From the NCBI GenBank assembly GCA_035531635.1, contig DATKSO010000020.1, positions 11,359 to 75,358 of the forward strand: a DNA stretch of 64,000 bases. Reading direction: 5' to 3'. A program made the position numbers and the translations under genes. Numbering within the stretch: the stretch's first letter is position 1; each line of letters opens with the position of its first letter. Shown here piece after piece: positions 40,324 through 49,957 of the stretch. This DNA is from Acidimicrobiales bacterium (GTDB taxonomy: Bacteria; Actinomycetota; Acidimicrobiia; Acidimicrobiales; RAAP-2). The notes beneath the pieces were generated by a model. The model ran no database searches. It saw nothing but the letters and a program-made list of their open reading frames with translations, and had not been told where the DNA came from.

Positions 40324-40625
40324 TACGAGGGCTGGAGATCTTCCTTGGGCAGGCGTTCGATGTTGACGTCACGAAAGGTGAGGATGCGCACCGAGGGCAC
40401 GAAGCGCGCCGCGCGGTACATGTCCCAGACCCACGCGTCGTGCAAGGTCACCTCGAGCAGAGTCGGCGTGGCGTTCGAACGAACTTCAACGGCCACGTCG
40501 TTCGCCAGGTAGAAACGGCGGTCGGTCTCGACGGCGAAGTCGAACATTCCGACGACCGCTTTGTACTCCTGGACGAGCGCCAGTTCCAGTGTCGACTCGT
40601 AGTCGTCGAGCTCTTCCTCGCCCAC
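40323..40625 (-). CDS. DUF2469 family protein
   Basis: YE..LEL.L..EY..V, VET.RRFYLAN, DAWVWDMYR..RFV, TF.DVN.E. Confidence 0.9.
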   Translation of the reverse strand: MGEEELDDYESTLELALVQEYKAVVGMFDFAVETDRRFYLANDVAVEVRSNATPTLLEVTLHDAWVWDMYRAARFVPSVRILTFRDVNIERLPKEDLQPS

Positions 40626-40631
40626 CAGCGA

Positions 40632-40988
40632 CTACGCGCGCTCGGTGACGCGCAGCTCCTTGATCTTGGCGGCCTTGCCGCGGAGATCACGCAGGTAGTA
40701 GAGCTTGGCGCGTCGAACGTCACCGTAGGACTCCACTTCGATCTTGGCGATCGTGGGGGTGTGGACGGGGAACGTGCGCTCGACGCCCACGCCGAAGCTG
40801 ATCTTGCGCACGGTGAAGGTCTCTTGGAGACCCGAACCCTGACGGCGAATGACGACGCCCTGGAAGACCTGGACGCGCTGGCGAGTACCTTCGACGACGC
40901 GGACGTGCACCTTCAAGGTGTCGCCGGAGCGAAAAGCGGGGATGTCGTCGCGAAGCGAGTCGCGGTCGACGAGGTCAGTGGGGTTCAT
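40632..40988 (-). CDS. rplS: 50S ribosomal protein L19
   Basis: F..GDT..VH.RV.EG...[29 protein letters not shown]. Confidence 0.98.
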   Translation of the reverse strand: MNPTDLVDRDSLRDDIPAFRSGDTLKVHVRVVEGTRQRVQVFQGVVIRRQGSGLQETFTVRKISFGVGVERTFPVHTPTIAKIEVESYGDVRRAKLYYLRDLRGKAAKIKELRVTERA

Positions 40989-41024
40989 GAGAGCGGTCCC
41001 TTTCGGATCACAGGCTTTAGAAGT

Positions 41025-41777
41025 TTAGCCGTTTCGCTCGATCTCATCCAACGTAGGGAATTCGGCCAGGATCGCGTGGTCCCTCGCGCTCAAACCGCCC
41101 CGTTGGGTCATGAGGTCCGGTCGACGCTCCATGGTGCGTCGCAACGCCTGCGCGTGACGCCAACGGTCTATTTTGCCGTGGTCGCCCGAGAGCAGGATCG
41201 CCGGCACGTGCTCACCACGCACTTCGGCGGGCTTCGTGTACTGGGGGTACTCGAGGAGTCCCTGGCTGAAGGACTCGTCCACACTGGACTCGTCGTTACC
41301 GAGGGCCCCGGGCAGCAGTCGGACCACCGACTCGATCACGCAGAGCGCCGCAAGCTCGCCCCCGGCCAAGACGAAGTCGCCCAGGGATATCTCGTCGTCG
41401 ACGACCAGGTCGAGGGCTCGCTGATCGAAACCCTCGTAGCGACCGCTCACGAGGGTGAAGCCCGCGAGGGCGCTCAACTCGCGCGCCACCGCGTGGTTGA
41501 ACACGCGGCCCGACGGCGTCAGCGCGATGACGGGTCTGGCGAGATTCGTCACCGACTCGATCGTGGCGATGATGGGCTCGGCCCGAAGGACCATGCCCGC
41601 GCCGCCGCCGAAGGGCGTGTCGTCGACACTCCGGTGTACGTCGGTCGTGGCGTCACGAAAGTCGTGCAGGTGCAGCGACCAGACGCCACGCTCCGCGGCC
41701 CGCCCCAAGACCGACGTCGTGGCGTAGTGGGCGACGGCGTCGGGAAAGAGGGTCAGCACGTCGACGCGTACGGTCAT
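41025..41777 (-). CDS. trmD: tRNA (guanine37-N1)-methyltransferase
   Basis: VDDTPFGGGAGMV, GRYEG.D.R, SLGDFVL.GGE, LEYPQYT. Confidence 0.97.
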   Translation of the reverse strand: MTVRVDVLTLFPDAVAHYATTSVLGRAAERGVWSLHLHDFRDATTDVHRSVDDTPFGGGAGMVLRAEPIIATIESVTNLARPVIALTPSGRVFNHAVARELSALAGFTLVSGRYEGFDQRALDLVVDDEISLGDFVLAGGELAALCVIESVVRLLPGALGNDESSVDESFSQGLLEYPQYTKPAEVRGEHVPAILLSGDHGKIDRWRHAQALRRTMERRPDLMTQRGGLSARDHAILAEFPTLDEIERNG

Positions 41778-42247
41778 TCGAAGAGTCCGTCGGGCGGGTC
41801 GATCTCGACGCGTCGGTTGGCCTCCAGGGTGACCACGAAAGTCAAGGGAACGAGCGCACCGGTGTCGAGCACCATCAGGTCGCTCGCGGGGTTCGCCTCA
41901 ACGTCGACGACGACGCCTCGAAGCACGCCGGCGGTGTCGACGACCTCGGCGCCGTAGAGCTGATCGATCCAGATGACGCTGCCGTCGTCGATGCGAGGAG
42001 CGGACAGGACGACGCCGCGCCAGCGCTCCGCCTCTTCACGCGAGTCGATGCGATCGAACGTCACGATGAAGCGAGCTTGGTGGGCCGCGGAGGCAACGAC
42101 GACCAGTGGTCCGCGTTCGGTTTCGAGCGAGACGCCGACGCCCAGGCGCTCGACACGGTCACTCCAAAGATCCACTTGTACTTGGCCACGCAGACCGTGG
42201 GCCTTCACGATGCGCCCGACTTCGAGCGTGGCGCGCTCGTCGGCCAC
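41774..42247 (-). CDS. rimM: Ribosome maturation factor RimM
   Basis: VGRIVKAHGLRG, REEAE..RG, PRC barrel; gene position. Confidence 0.92.
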   Translation of the reverse strand: MADERATLEVGRIVKAHGLRGQVQVDLWSDRVERLGVGVSLETERGPLVVVASAAHQARFIVTFDRIDSREEAERWRGVVLSAPRIDDGSVIWIDQLYGAEVVDTAGVLRGVVVDVEANPASDLMVLDTGALVPLTFVVTLEANRRVEIDPPDGLFE

Positions 42248-42249
42248 GG

Positions 42250-42618
42250 TTAGTCGACGATGTCGACGGAGGTGGTGACCCCGTCACGCGCTCCTGCGGC
42301 GCCAACCAGCGCGCGGATAGCCTGCGCGGTGCGACCGCGACGACCGATGATGCGACCCATGTCGTTCGGACCGACGCTGAGCGAGAGGATGACCTTGCCC
42401 TGACGTTCGTTCACCTCTACCGAGACGGCAGCGGGATCTTCGGCGAGGGACTTCGCGATGAACTCGAGCGCGGCGGTGGCGGTCACGGCCTTGTCGACGT
42501 TGCCCGCGTCGTCATCGTGGTCGTTGACGTCGTTGCCCGCGTCGTTGTAGTCGATCTCGTGGTCGTCGTCGATGGTGTTGACGTCGCCGGCGACGTAGTC
42601 GTCGTGCGCGTCGCTCAC
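42250..42618 (-). CDS. khpA: KH-domain RNA-binding protein KhpA
   Basis: DMGRIIGRRGRTAQAIR; lies between rpsP and rimM. Confidence 0.92.
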   Translation of the reverse strand: MSDAHDDYVAGDVNTIDDDHEIDYNDAGNDVNDHDDDAGNVDKAVTATAALEFIAKSLAEDPAAVSVEVNERQGKVILSLSVGPNDMGRIIGRRGRTAQAIRALVGAAGARDGVTTSVDIVD

Positions 42619-42902
42619 TTGGCGGCCTTCGCGGCCTCGAAGGCTTCGAGTGCGCCACTGACCTTTAAGAGTTTGGCGACGCGCTCCGTGGGCTGAGCGC
42701 CGTGCTGCAACCAGTGCAGCACCTTGTCGTTATCGATCTTGAGGACCATTTCGGGCTCGGCCGTGGAGATGCCACGGGGCTGATAGGTCCCGACGATCTC
42801 GAGGAAGGCTCCCGACCGGGCGCGACGACTCTCAGCGGCCACGACGCGATAGGTGGGCTGCTTCTTCTTGCCCATTCGCACCAAGCGTAGTTTTACAGCC
42901 AC
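42615..42902 (-). CDS. rpsP: 30S ribosomal protein S16
   Basis: AVKLRL.RMGKKKQP.YRVV, W...GAQPT; start GTG 42902. Confidence 0.97.
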   Translation of the reverse strand: MAVKLRLVRMGKKKQPTYRVVAAESRRARSGAFLEIVGTYQPRGISTAEPEMVLKIDNDKVLHWLQHGAQPTERVAKLLKVSGALEAFEAAKAAK

Positions 42903-42969
42903 AACGAAATTCCCTTCGAACCTGTTTTGTTCCGTGTCGGAACGGGGCGATATACCCGAGCGTCCAAGT

Positions 42970-44454
42970 TTAGCGTTGTTTGGGAGGAGTAACCCTTCCG
43001 CCCTTCTTCTTCTTGTTTTTTCCACCGCCGCCGCGTGGCGTCGACGCGGCGCTCGCCATACCCGCCCCGAGCGCCTCAAAGCCCGCTGGCAGTTGGTCGT
43101 TGCGGGCCGACGCGCGCGCGGCCAGTCCCGCCATGCGACCGAGTCCGCCCGGCAGCGCGGGCGCACCGCCGCCGCCCATCTGGCGCATCATCTTCTTCAT
43201 CTCGTTGAACTGCTTCAGCAGTTGGTTCACGGCGCTGACGCTCGTCGCGGAGCCCTTAGCGATGCGCGTGCGTCTCGAGCCGTCGATGATGGCGGGATCG
43301 CGACGCTCCTTCGGCGTCATGGATCGCACGATCGCCTCGACGCGGTCCAGTTCGCCCTCGTCGACGTTGCTCGCCGCGGTGCGCATCTCCTTCGTGACCC
43401 CGGGCATCAACTTCATCAGTCCACCCAGCGACCCCATCTTTCGCACCTGACCCAGTTGGGCGAGGAAGTCGTCCAAGGTGAAGGTGCCGCTCATCATGCG
43501 CCCCGCGGACTCGGCGACGACGTCGGCGTCCATGGTGCGCTCGGCCTGCTCGATCAGCGAGAGCACGTCACCCATGCCGAGGATCCGCGACGCCATCCGT
43601 TCGGGGTAGAAGAGGTCGAAGTCCGCGATCTTCTCGCCGCTCGAGGCGAAGACCACCGGTCGTCCGACGACACCGAGCGCGGACAGCACCGCGCCGCCTC
43701 GCGCGTCGTAGTCGAGCTTGGTGACGATCAGTCCCGAGAGTTCGAGCGCCTCGTGGAAGCTCCGCGCCGTGTGCACGGCGTCCTGGCCGGTGACGGCGTC
43801 GATGACCAAGAAGGTGTAGTCCGGCGAGGTCGCGTCGGCGATGGCGCGCACTTCGTCCATCAGTGCCTCGTCGATGGCGAGCCGTCCGGCGGTGTCGATG
43901 ATGACGACGTCGCGCCCGAGTCGGGTCGCTTCGGCGAGGCCGTGGCGCGCCACGTCCAGGGGATTCGAAGGTTCGGAGAAGACGTCGACGCCCACTTGTT
44001 GGGCGAGGACCCTCAACTGCTCAATGGCGGCCGGGCGTTGCAAGTCGGCCGCGATGAGGTAGGGCTGGCGACCCTGTTGCTTGAACCAGGCCGCGAGTTT
44101 CGCGGCCGCCGTCGTCTTACCGGCTCCTTGAAGACCAGCGAGGAGCACCACCGTCGGTGGTTTCGCGGCGAAGGTGACCTTGAGTGGCGACGCACCGAGC
44201 ACCTCGATGAGTTGCTCGTGGACGGCCTTGATGACCTGCTGACCCGGCGTGAGGCTCTGGGCGAGAACTTCGCCACTCAGCCGTTCGCGCACCGCCTCGA
44301 CGAACGCGCGCACGACACCCAGTTCGACGTCCGCTTCGAGGAGGGCGGAGCGGACGTCGCTCAACGCCTCGTCGAGGTCGGCGTCACTGAGGCGCCCCCG
44401 CGAGCGCAGTGAGGTGCTGAGTCGCTCCAGGCGTTCGCTGAGGGCGTCAAACAT
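42970..44454 (-). CDS. ffh: Signal recognition particle protein
   Basis: GLQGAGKTT, DTAGR, DARGG, RILGMGD, M domain SMT..ER. Confidence 0.97.
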   Translation of the reverse strand: MFDALSERLERLSTSLRSRGRLSDADLDEALSDVRSALLEADVELGVVRAFVEAVRERLSGEVLAQSLTPGQQVIKAVHEQLIEVLGASPLKVTFAAKPPTVVLLAGLQGAGKTTAAAKLAAWFKQQGRQPYLIAADLQRPAAIEQLRVLAQQVGVDVFSEPSNPLDVARHGLAEATRLGRDVVIIDTAGRLAIDEALMDEVRAIADATSPDYTFLVIDAVTGQDAVHTARSFHEALELSGLIVTKLDYDARGGAVLSALGVVGRPVVFASSGEKIADFDLFYPERMASRILGMGDVLSLIEQAERTMDADVVAESAGRMMSGTFTLDDFLAQLGQVRKMGSLGGLMKLMPGVTKEMRTAASNVDEGELDRVEAIVRSMTPKERRDPAIIDGSRRTRIAKGSATSVSAVNQLLKQFNEMKKMMRQMGGGGAPALPGGLGRMAGLAARASARNDQLPAGFEALGAGMASAASTPRGGGGKNKKKKGGRVTPPKQR

Positions 44455-44472
44455 GATGAAGGAAGGTTACCG

Positions 44473-45522
44473 TCACGCCCCGAGTAACGAATCGACGAAG
44501 ATCTCCGGCTCGAAGACGATGAGGTCATCGACGCCTTCGCCCACGCCGACGAACTTGACGGGAATGCCCAGATCGCGTTCGATCGCCACGACGATGCCGC
44601 CTCGCGCGGTGCCGTCAAGTTTCGTCAACACGATCCCCGTCACGCCCGAGGCCGCTAAGAACTCGCGGGCCTGACTGAGCGCGTTCTGTCCGGTCGTGGC
44701 GTCAAGGACCAAGAGGGTTTCGACAACCTGTCCCGGATCCCGATCGGCGACGCGACGGACCTTCGACAGTTCGTCCAGCAGATTCGTGCTGTTCGCGCGA
44801 CGGCCCGCGGTGTCGGCGAGGACGAGATCGATGCCGCGCGCACTCGCCCGTCCGATGGCGTCGTGCACCACCGATCCAGGGTCCGCGCCTTCGTTCGCGC
44901 GCACGATGTCCGAATCCGTCCGCGTGGCCCACTGTTCGAGCTGGTCCGCCGCGGCGGCGCGAAAGGTATCGCCCGCGGCCAACATCACCGACCGACCCGC
45001 GTCGTGGTGGCGCTTCGCGAGCTTGCCGATCGTCGTGGTCTTGCCGACGCCGTTCACCCCGACGAACAACCAGACGGGCACGCGGCCCTCGTCGGCCGCG
45101 GTCGACGTGGAGCGCTCGCCACGAAGTGATTCGAGGAGGATCACTCGCAACGCGGCGGCGACACCGTTGGGCGCGCCCTTCGCTCTCAGTTCCTCGAGTA
45201 CCGCGCTCGTGGTCGTGACGCCGACGTCACTTCGAAGTAAGACCTCCTCCACGAGCGCGAGCTGATCGCCGCTCAGCTCCGTCGTGCCCGCGATGGAACG
45301 CACGCGATCGAAGACACCCCGCGACGACGCGAGTCGCTCGTTGAGGGTCGGCACGCGTTCGAGCGACGGCATCGGCGCCGTCTCGGCGACGAGGATCTCG
45401 GGCATGGCGGCGCGCGGCGGCGCCACGAGTGCCGGACGTCCGCGCCGGCGACGGCGTCGGGTCCCTACGAACACAAGGCCGAGCACGACGGCGACCGCCA
45501 GGACGACGTAGAGAACGGTCAC
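44473..45522 (-). CDS. ftsY: SRP receptor FtsY
   Basis: GVNGVGKTT, DTFRAAA, DTAGR, TKLDGTARGG; N-terminal TM. Confidence 0.96.
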   Translation of the reverse strand: MTVLYVVLAVAVVLGLVFVGTRRRRRRGRPALVAPPRAAMPEILVAETAPMPSLERVPTLNERLASSRGVFDRVRSIAGTTELSGDQLALVEEVLLRSDVGVTTTSAVLEELRAKGAPNGVAAALRVILLESLRGERSTSTAADEGRVPVWLFVGVNGVGKTTTIGKLAKRHHDAGRSVMLAAGDTFRAAAADQLEQWATRTDSDIVRANEGADPGSVVHDAIGRASARGIDLVLADTAGRRANSTNLLDELSKVRRVADRDPGQVVETLLVLDATTGQNALSQAREFLAASGVTGIVLTKLDGTARGGIVVAIERDLGIPVKFVGVGEGVDDLIVFEPEIFVDSLLGA

Positions 45523-48500
45523 GCGGATTCGACTTCGCGCACCCGTTGCACGCGTTGGCTGACGACCTTCGACGAGGCGCCCGGCACCATGGTCACCCCG
45601 TACAACGCGTCGGCCGCTTCCATCGTGCGCTTTTGGTGCGTGACGATAAGCAACTGCGCCTCTTCACGGAACTCGTCGACGAGGCTCAAGAATCGCTGCA
45701 GGTTGACGTCGTCGAGCGCGGCCTCCACTTCGTCCATGAGATAGAAGGGCGACGGACGCGAACGGAACACAGCGAAGAGGAAGGCCAGCGCGGCCATAGA
45801 ACGCTCGCCGCCCGAGAGGAGCGAGATCCGACGGACGTTTCGACCCATTGGTCGAACCTCGATCTCCACGCCCGTATTCAACGGATCGTCTGGCTCGCTC
45901 ATGTTGAGTCGACCCTGACCGCCCGGAAAGAGCATGGCGATGAGTGACGAGAAGTGCTCGTTCACGTCGGCGAAGGCCGTCGTGAAGGTCTCCATGATCT
46001 CTTCGTCGAGGGCGCGAAGGACCTCCTGCAACTCGCGCCGGGCGTGGCGGACGTCGCTCACCTGGGCGTCGAGGTCCTTGTAACGGTCTTCCAGCATCGC
46101 GAGTTCATCGAGGGCCAACGGGTTGATGGGGCCGAGCGACGTGATCCGCGCTTCGAGTTCACCGACGCGCGTGTCGAGTGAGCCTCCGTCGGAGAGTTCG
46201 ATGTGGGGCGCGGGGCCCATCTCGTGAGGCTCGACGCCGAGGTCGCGACGAATGACCTCGTGGACGTTCGCGACTTTCACGGCCAGCTCGGCCTGTTCGA
46301 TCTCGTGACGGCGCATGACCTCGCCGAGTTCACTCAATCTCGAGTCCGCCTCGTGGCGAGCTCGGCGCACGTCTTCGAGGACTTCGGCGCTGGCGCGCGT
46401 CGCTTCAAGCTGCTCACGGTACGTTGAGTCGAGGGCCCCTTGTGCCACGCGGATCTCCCCGGCGGCTCGTTCGACCAGCTCGGTGAGACGCCCGAGCACC
46501 TGGCGGTCGAATTCGAGAGTCTGGCGTTTGGTCGCCGCTTCGAGACGTTCACCCGAGCGGCCCTCGAGGCGCGACTCGATCTCGCTTTGACGCTGCTCGA
46601 TGAGGCGACGTCGCTCGGCGAACTGCGCCTCTTGGCGCGAGAGCGCCGTCGCTTCGTCGTCGACCGCGCGTCGATTCGCTTCAAGTTCGGCGCGTGCACT
46701 GCTGCGACGGTGTTCGCGTTCGGCACCGTCGCGAAGGGCCACCTCGAGTGCTGGGAGCTGCGTCCGCAGCGTTACGAGGTCGACGTCTACCGTTTGAATC
46801 TGGACCGCGACGTCCGCGACGTCGACACTCAGTCGTTCGATCGTCTCGGTCAACTCATCACCCTCGACTGCGAGACGAGCGATCTCGCCCACGAGTCGCT
46901 CGTCTTCACCGCGCGCCGTCGCGAGGGCGGCGGTCGCGAGGTTGTATCGCTGGAGGGCCTCGCCGAGCGCCGCGTCCGCGTCGACGAGTCGCTGGCGAAG
47001 TGGTCCGAGCTCACGACTCGAGCGCTCGGCGTCTTCTCGCGCCTGTTCCACGGCGGCGCGCGTCACCATCGCGAGACCCGACGCCACACGCCAGCCCGAC
47101 GAGGCGAATCGATCACCCTCCAACGTCACGATAACGAGGTCGGGGTTGGCGATCGCAACCTCGATGCCCGACTCCCAGTTGCTCGCGACGAAAGCTCGCG
47201 ACAACAACGCGTCAAGCACCCGCGCCACGTGGGCGGGCGCGTCACGACGGGCCTTCACGAGTGTGCGCAGCGCCTTCGTTCCTTCGGGTGTCGCCAACGT
47301 CGCGACGTCACCTTCCGCGACGGGAAGGATGAGCCCGACTTCGCCCTCTCGCCGTAGGGCGGCCAACGCCGCGCGCGCCGAGCGACGACCGTCAACGACC
47401 ATCGCGCCCACGGAGGCGCCCGCGGCCGCCTCGACGGCGCGTTCGAAGCCCTCGTCCACCTCGATGAGGTCGAGAAACGCACCGAGTACGCCTTCGAGTT
47501 CGCCGATGACGGCGCGCCCACCGGCGCCCGAGAGCTCGTCGAGCGCTCGCGCGAGCGTCAACGCGCGTGCCTGGGTACTCGACGCGAGGTCGGCGCCGTT
47601 GCGCAGCGCGACGTCGGCTTGGCGCCGTTCACTCTGGGCGCTTTCAGCCGCGACCTCCGCCTCGGCGGACTCCTTCAGGGCGGCCTCAAGCGTGCTTGCG
47701 GCGTCGGCCTTCTCCTTCACCGCTTGCTCATGGCCCGACTTGATCTCACTACTGCGCAGGCGAGCGCTGGCGAGTCGAGTGCTGGCGCGCCGTTCACTCT
47801 CTTGGAGTGAGGCCAACGAACGCTCGAGGAGCGCGATCTGTTCACGAGCGTTGGCGAGTGCCGCCTCGTCGCTCTCGGTGGACGACGACGCCCACGTCGC
47901 TTCGAAGTCGGCCTCAACCTCGGCGAAGAGCCGACGCGACGAAGTAAGCGCCTCACGCAGTTCGTTCAACGAGTGTTCGTTGACGCTGAGACCCTCGAGG
48001 TCAGCGGCCAGTCTCGCGGCGTCGGCCCCGAGGGTCGCGATCACGTTTTCATCGGCCGAGGCGATGAGCGCCTGGCGTAGCGAACGTTCACGCTCTTGGA
48101 TGACCGACGAAGTGCCACGCGCGCGTTCGGCCAGTCCCTGCAAGGTGCCGAGCGTCGACGCCAGCATCTCTTCGCGCCGCGACGCCATCTCCGCGGCCGC
48201 GGCCGTCGCCCTGGCGTCCAAGGCGACGAGTTCGTGGCGGAGTTCACGCTCTCGGATGGACGACTCTTCGAGTGAGTGTTCGAGTTCGCGTCGACGCTGA
48301 TCGAAGTGATGCAAGCGCGACGCGAAGAGCGCGTGACGAGCGTCGCGCAACTCGCTCTCGACGTCGGAGTAGCTTCGCGCGGACGCGGCCTGACGTTCGA
48401 GTGGTCGCATCTGACGTCGCACTTCGCGCACCAGGTCGCCGAGTCGCTCGAGGTTCTCCTGCGTCGAGGCCAGTCTGCGTTCGGATCGTTCCTTGCGGCG

Positions 48501-49013
48501 TCGATGCTTGAGGACCCCGGCCGCCTCTTCGATGACCGCGCGGCGATTCTCGGGATTGGACGACAGAATCGAGTCGAGTTGTCCTTGACCGATGATCATG
48601 TGTTGTTGACGCCCGACGCCGGAGTCGCCCAAGAGTTCTTGGACGTCGAGGAGGCGACACGTCGTGCCGTTGATGGCGTACTCGGAGTCGCCACTTCGAA
48701 AGAGCGTGCGCGAGATGGTCACTTCCGCGCCCTCGATGGCCAGTCGACCCGAGGAGTTGTCAATGGTCAGCGCTACTTCGGCGCGCCCGAGCGCCGCTCG
48801 ATTTGACGTGCCCATGAAGATGACGTCGTCCATCTTCGAGCTGCGAAGCGCGCGCGTACTCTGCGCACCGAGGACCCAGGTGACGGCGTCCACGACGTTG
48901 GACTTGCCCGAACCGTTGGGTCCGACGACCGCCGTGACACCGGGCTCGAACTCCAAAATCGTGGTGTCGGCGAAGGACTTGAAGCCCTTCATGGTCAATC
49001 GCTTAAGAAACAC
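45519..49013 (-). CDS. smc: Chromosome segregation protein SMC
   Basis: GFKSF, GPNGSGKSN, coiled coils and hinge, LSGGE, DEVEAALD. Confidence 0.97.
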   Translation of the reverse strand: MFLKRLTMKGFKSFADTTILEFEPGVTAVVGPNGSGKSNVVDAVTWVLGAQSTRALRSSKMDDVIFMGTSNRAALGRAEVALTIDNSSGRLAIEGAEVTISRTLFRSGDSEYAINGTTCRLLDVQELLGDSGVGRQQHMIIGQGQLDSILSSNPENRRAVIEEAAGVLKHRRRKERSERRLASTQENLERLGDLVREVRRQMRPLERQAASARSYSDVESELRDARHALFASRLHHFDQRRRELEHSLEESSIRERELRHELVALDARATAAAAEMASRREEMLASTLGTLQGLAERARGTSSVIQERERSLRQALIASADENVIATLGADAARLAADLEGLSVNEHSLNELREALTSSRRLFAEVEADFEATWASSSTESDEAALANAREQIALLERSLASLQESERRASTRLASARLRSSEIKSGHEQAVKEKADAASTLEAALKESAEAEVAAESAQSERRQADVALRNGADLASSTQARALTLARALDELSGAGGRAVIGELEGVLGAFLDLIEVDEGFERAVEAAAGASVGAMVVDGRRSARAALAALRREGEVGLILPVAEGDVATLATPEGTKALRTLVKARRDAPAHVARVLDALLSRAFVASNWESGIEVAIANPDLVIVTLEGDRFASSGWRVASGLAMVTRAAVEQAREDAERSSRELGPLRQRLVDADAALGEALQRYNLATAALATARGEDERLVGEIARLAVEGDELTETIERLSVDVADVAVQIQTVDVDLVTLRTQLPALEVALRDGAEREHRRSSARAELEANRRAVDDEATALSRQEAQFAERRRLIEQRQSEIESRLEGRSGERLEAATKRQTLEFDRQVLGRLTELVERAAGEIRVAQGALDSTYREQLEATRASAEVLEDVRRARHEADSRLSELGEVMRRHEIEQAELAVKVANVHEVIRRDLGVEPHEMGPAPHIELSDGGSLDTRVGELEARITSLGPINPLALDELAMLEDRYKDLDAQVSDVRHARRELQEVLRALDEEIMETFTTAFADVNEHFSSLIAMLFPGGQGRLNMSEPDDPLNTGVEIEVRPMGRNVRRISLLSGGERSMAALAFLFAVFRSRPSPFYLMDEVEAALDDVNLQRFLSLVDEFREEAQLLIVTHQKRTMEAADALYGVTMVPGASSKVVSQRVQRVREVESA

Positions 49014-49051
49014 GCACTGACGCTAGCAACCTTCTGGTCGTCGTCTCGGCC

Positions 49052-49957
49052 CTACGCCTGGCACTTCTCGCAGAAGAACGTCGAGCGCCCTCGCACGCTC
49101 TCACGTCGGATCGCCTGGCGACACTGATAACAGGCCTGACCCTCACGGTTGTAGACCTGATGGAACTGTTGGAAGTTGCCAGGCTTGGCGTCGGGGTCAA
49201 CGAACTGTTCATCGTCGAGCGTCGAACCGCCGTGCTTGATCGCTTCGGTCAAGACCTCGGTGATCGCGCGGTGCAGTCGGCGAATCTCGATCGTGGAGAG
49301 CGACTCGGCCGGACGGTCGAAGCGCAGTCCGGCCGAAAAGAGAATCTCGTCGGCGTAGATATTGCCAATGCCCGCGAGGATGTCCTGGTCGGTGAGGACG
49401 GCCTTGAGGGGCGTCGAGCGACTGCGAAGGATGGCCGCGAACCGGTCCCAGCCGATCTGGTCCTCGAAGGGATCGAGGCCGAGGTGGGCCAGTTCGGGCA
49501 CGGCCCTTCGAAGGGCCAATCCTTCGCCGCCGATAGAGAGACGGGCGAACTTGGAGATCTCGACCGGAGGATCGCTCTCGCTCGGCGCCTTCGAGACGTA
49601 GAGCTCACCGAAGGTCCGCGGGTCCACGTAACGCAGTTCTCCGCCCTGGACGAACGTGAAGACGACGTGGGTGTGCTTGGGCTTGGGATCCTTCGCGCCC
49701 TTGGCCCGTAGCAACTGACCACTCATGCCGAGATGGATCACCAGGTGCGTCGAGTTGTCGAGGCCGAGCACGAGGTTCTTGCCGAGACGCTGCACGGATT
49801 TGATGGAGTGGCCCTCGACGAGGGCGCGAAAGTCCTTCGCCGTCTTGTGGCGGCGTACGGCGCGTCCGTTGGTGACCGACGCGCTCTTGATCTTCTTGCC
49901 GATGAGGTCGCGCGCCAGCGACGCCCGGACAGTTTCGACTTCGGCGAGCTCAGGCAT
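49052..49957 (-). CDS. mutM: Fpg/MutM DNA glycosylase
   Basis: MPELAEVET, HLGMSG, DPRTFG, AGIGNIYADE, C-terminal zinc finger. Confidence 0.95.
   Translation of the reverse strand: MPELAEVETVRASLARDLIGKKIKSASVTNGRAVRRHKTAKDFRALVEGHSIKSVQRLGKNLVLGLDNSTHLVIHLGMSGQLLRAKGAKDPKPKHTHVVFTFVQGGELRYVDPRTFGELYVSKAPSESDPPVEISKFARLSIGGEGLALRRAVPELAHLGLDPFEDQIGWDRFAAILRSRSTPLKAVLTDQDILAGIGNIYADEILFSAGLRFDRPAESLSTIEIRRLHRAITEVLTEAIKHGGSTLDDEQFVDPDAKPGNFQQFHQVYNREGQACYQCRQAIRRESVRGRSTFFCEKCQA

Noticed and set aside
40440-48300. Long antisense ORFs of 450-520 aa opposite trmD/rplS, ffh and smc
   Set aside because: Typical high-GC shadow ORFs over well-conserved genes, with no recognisable motifs
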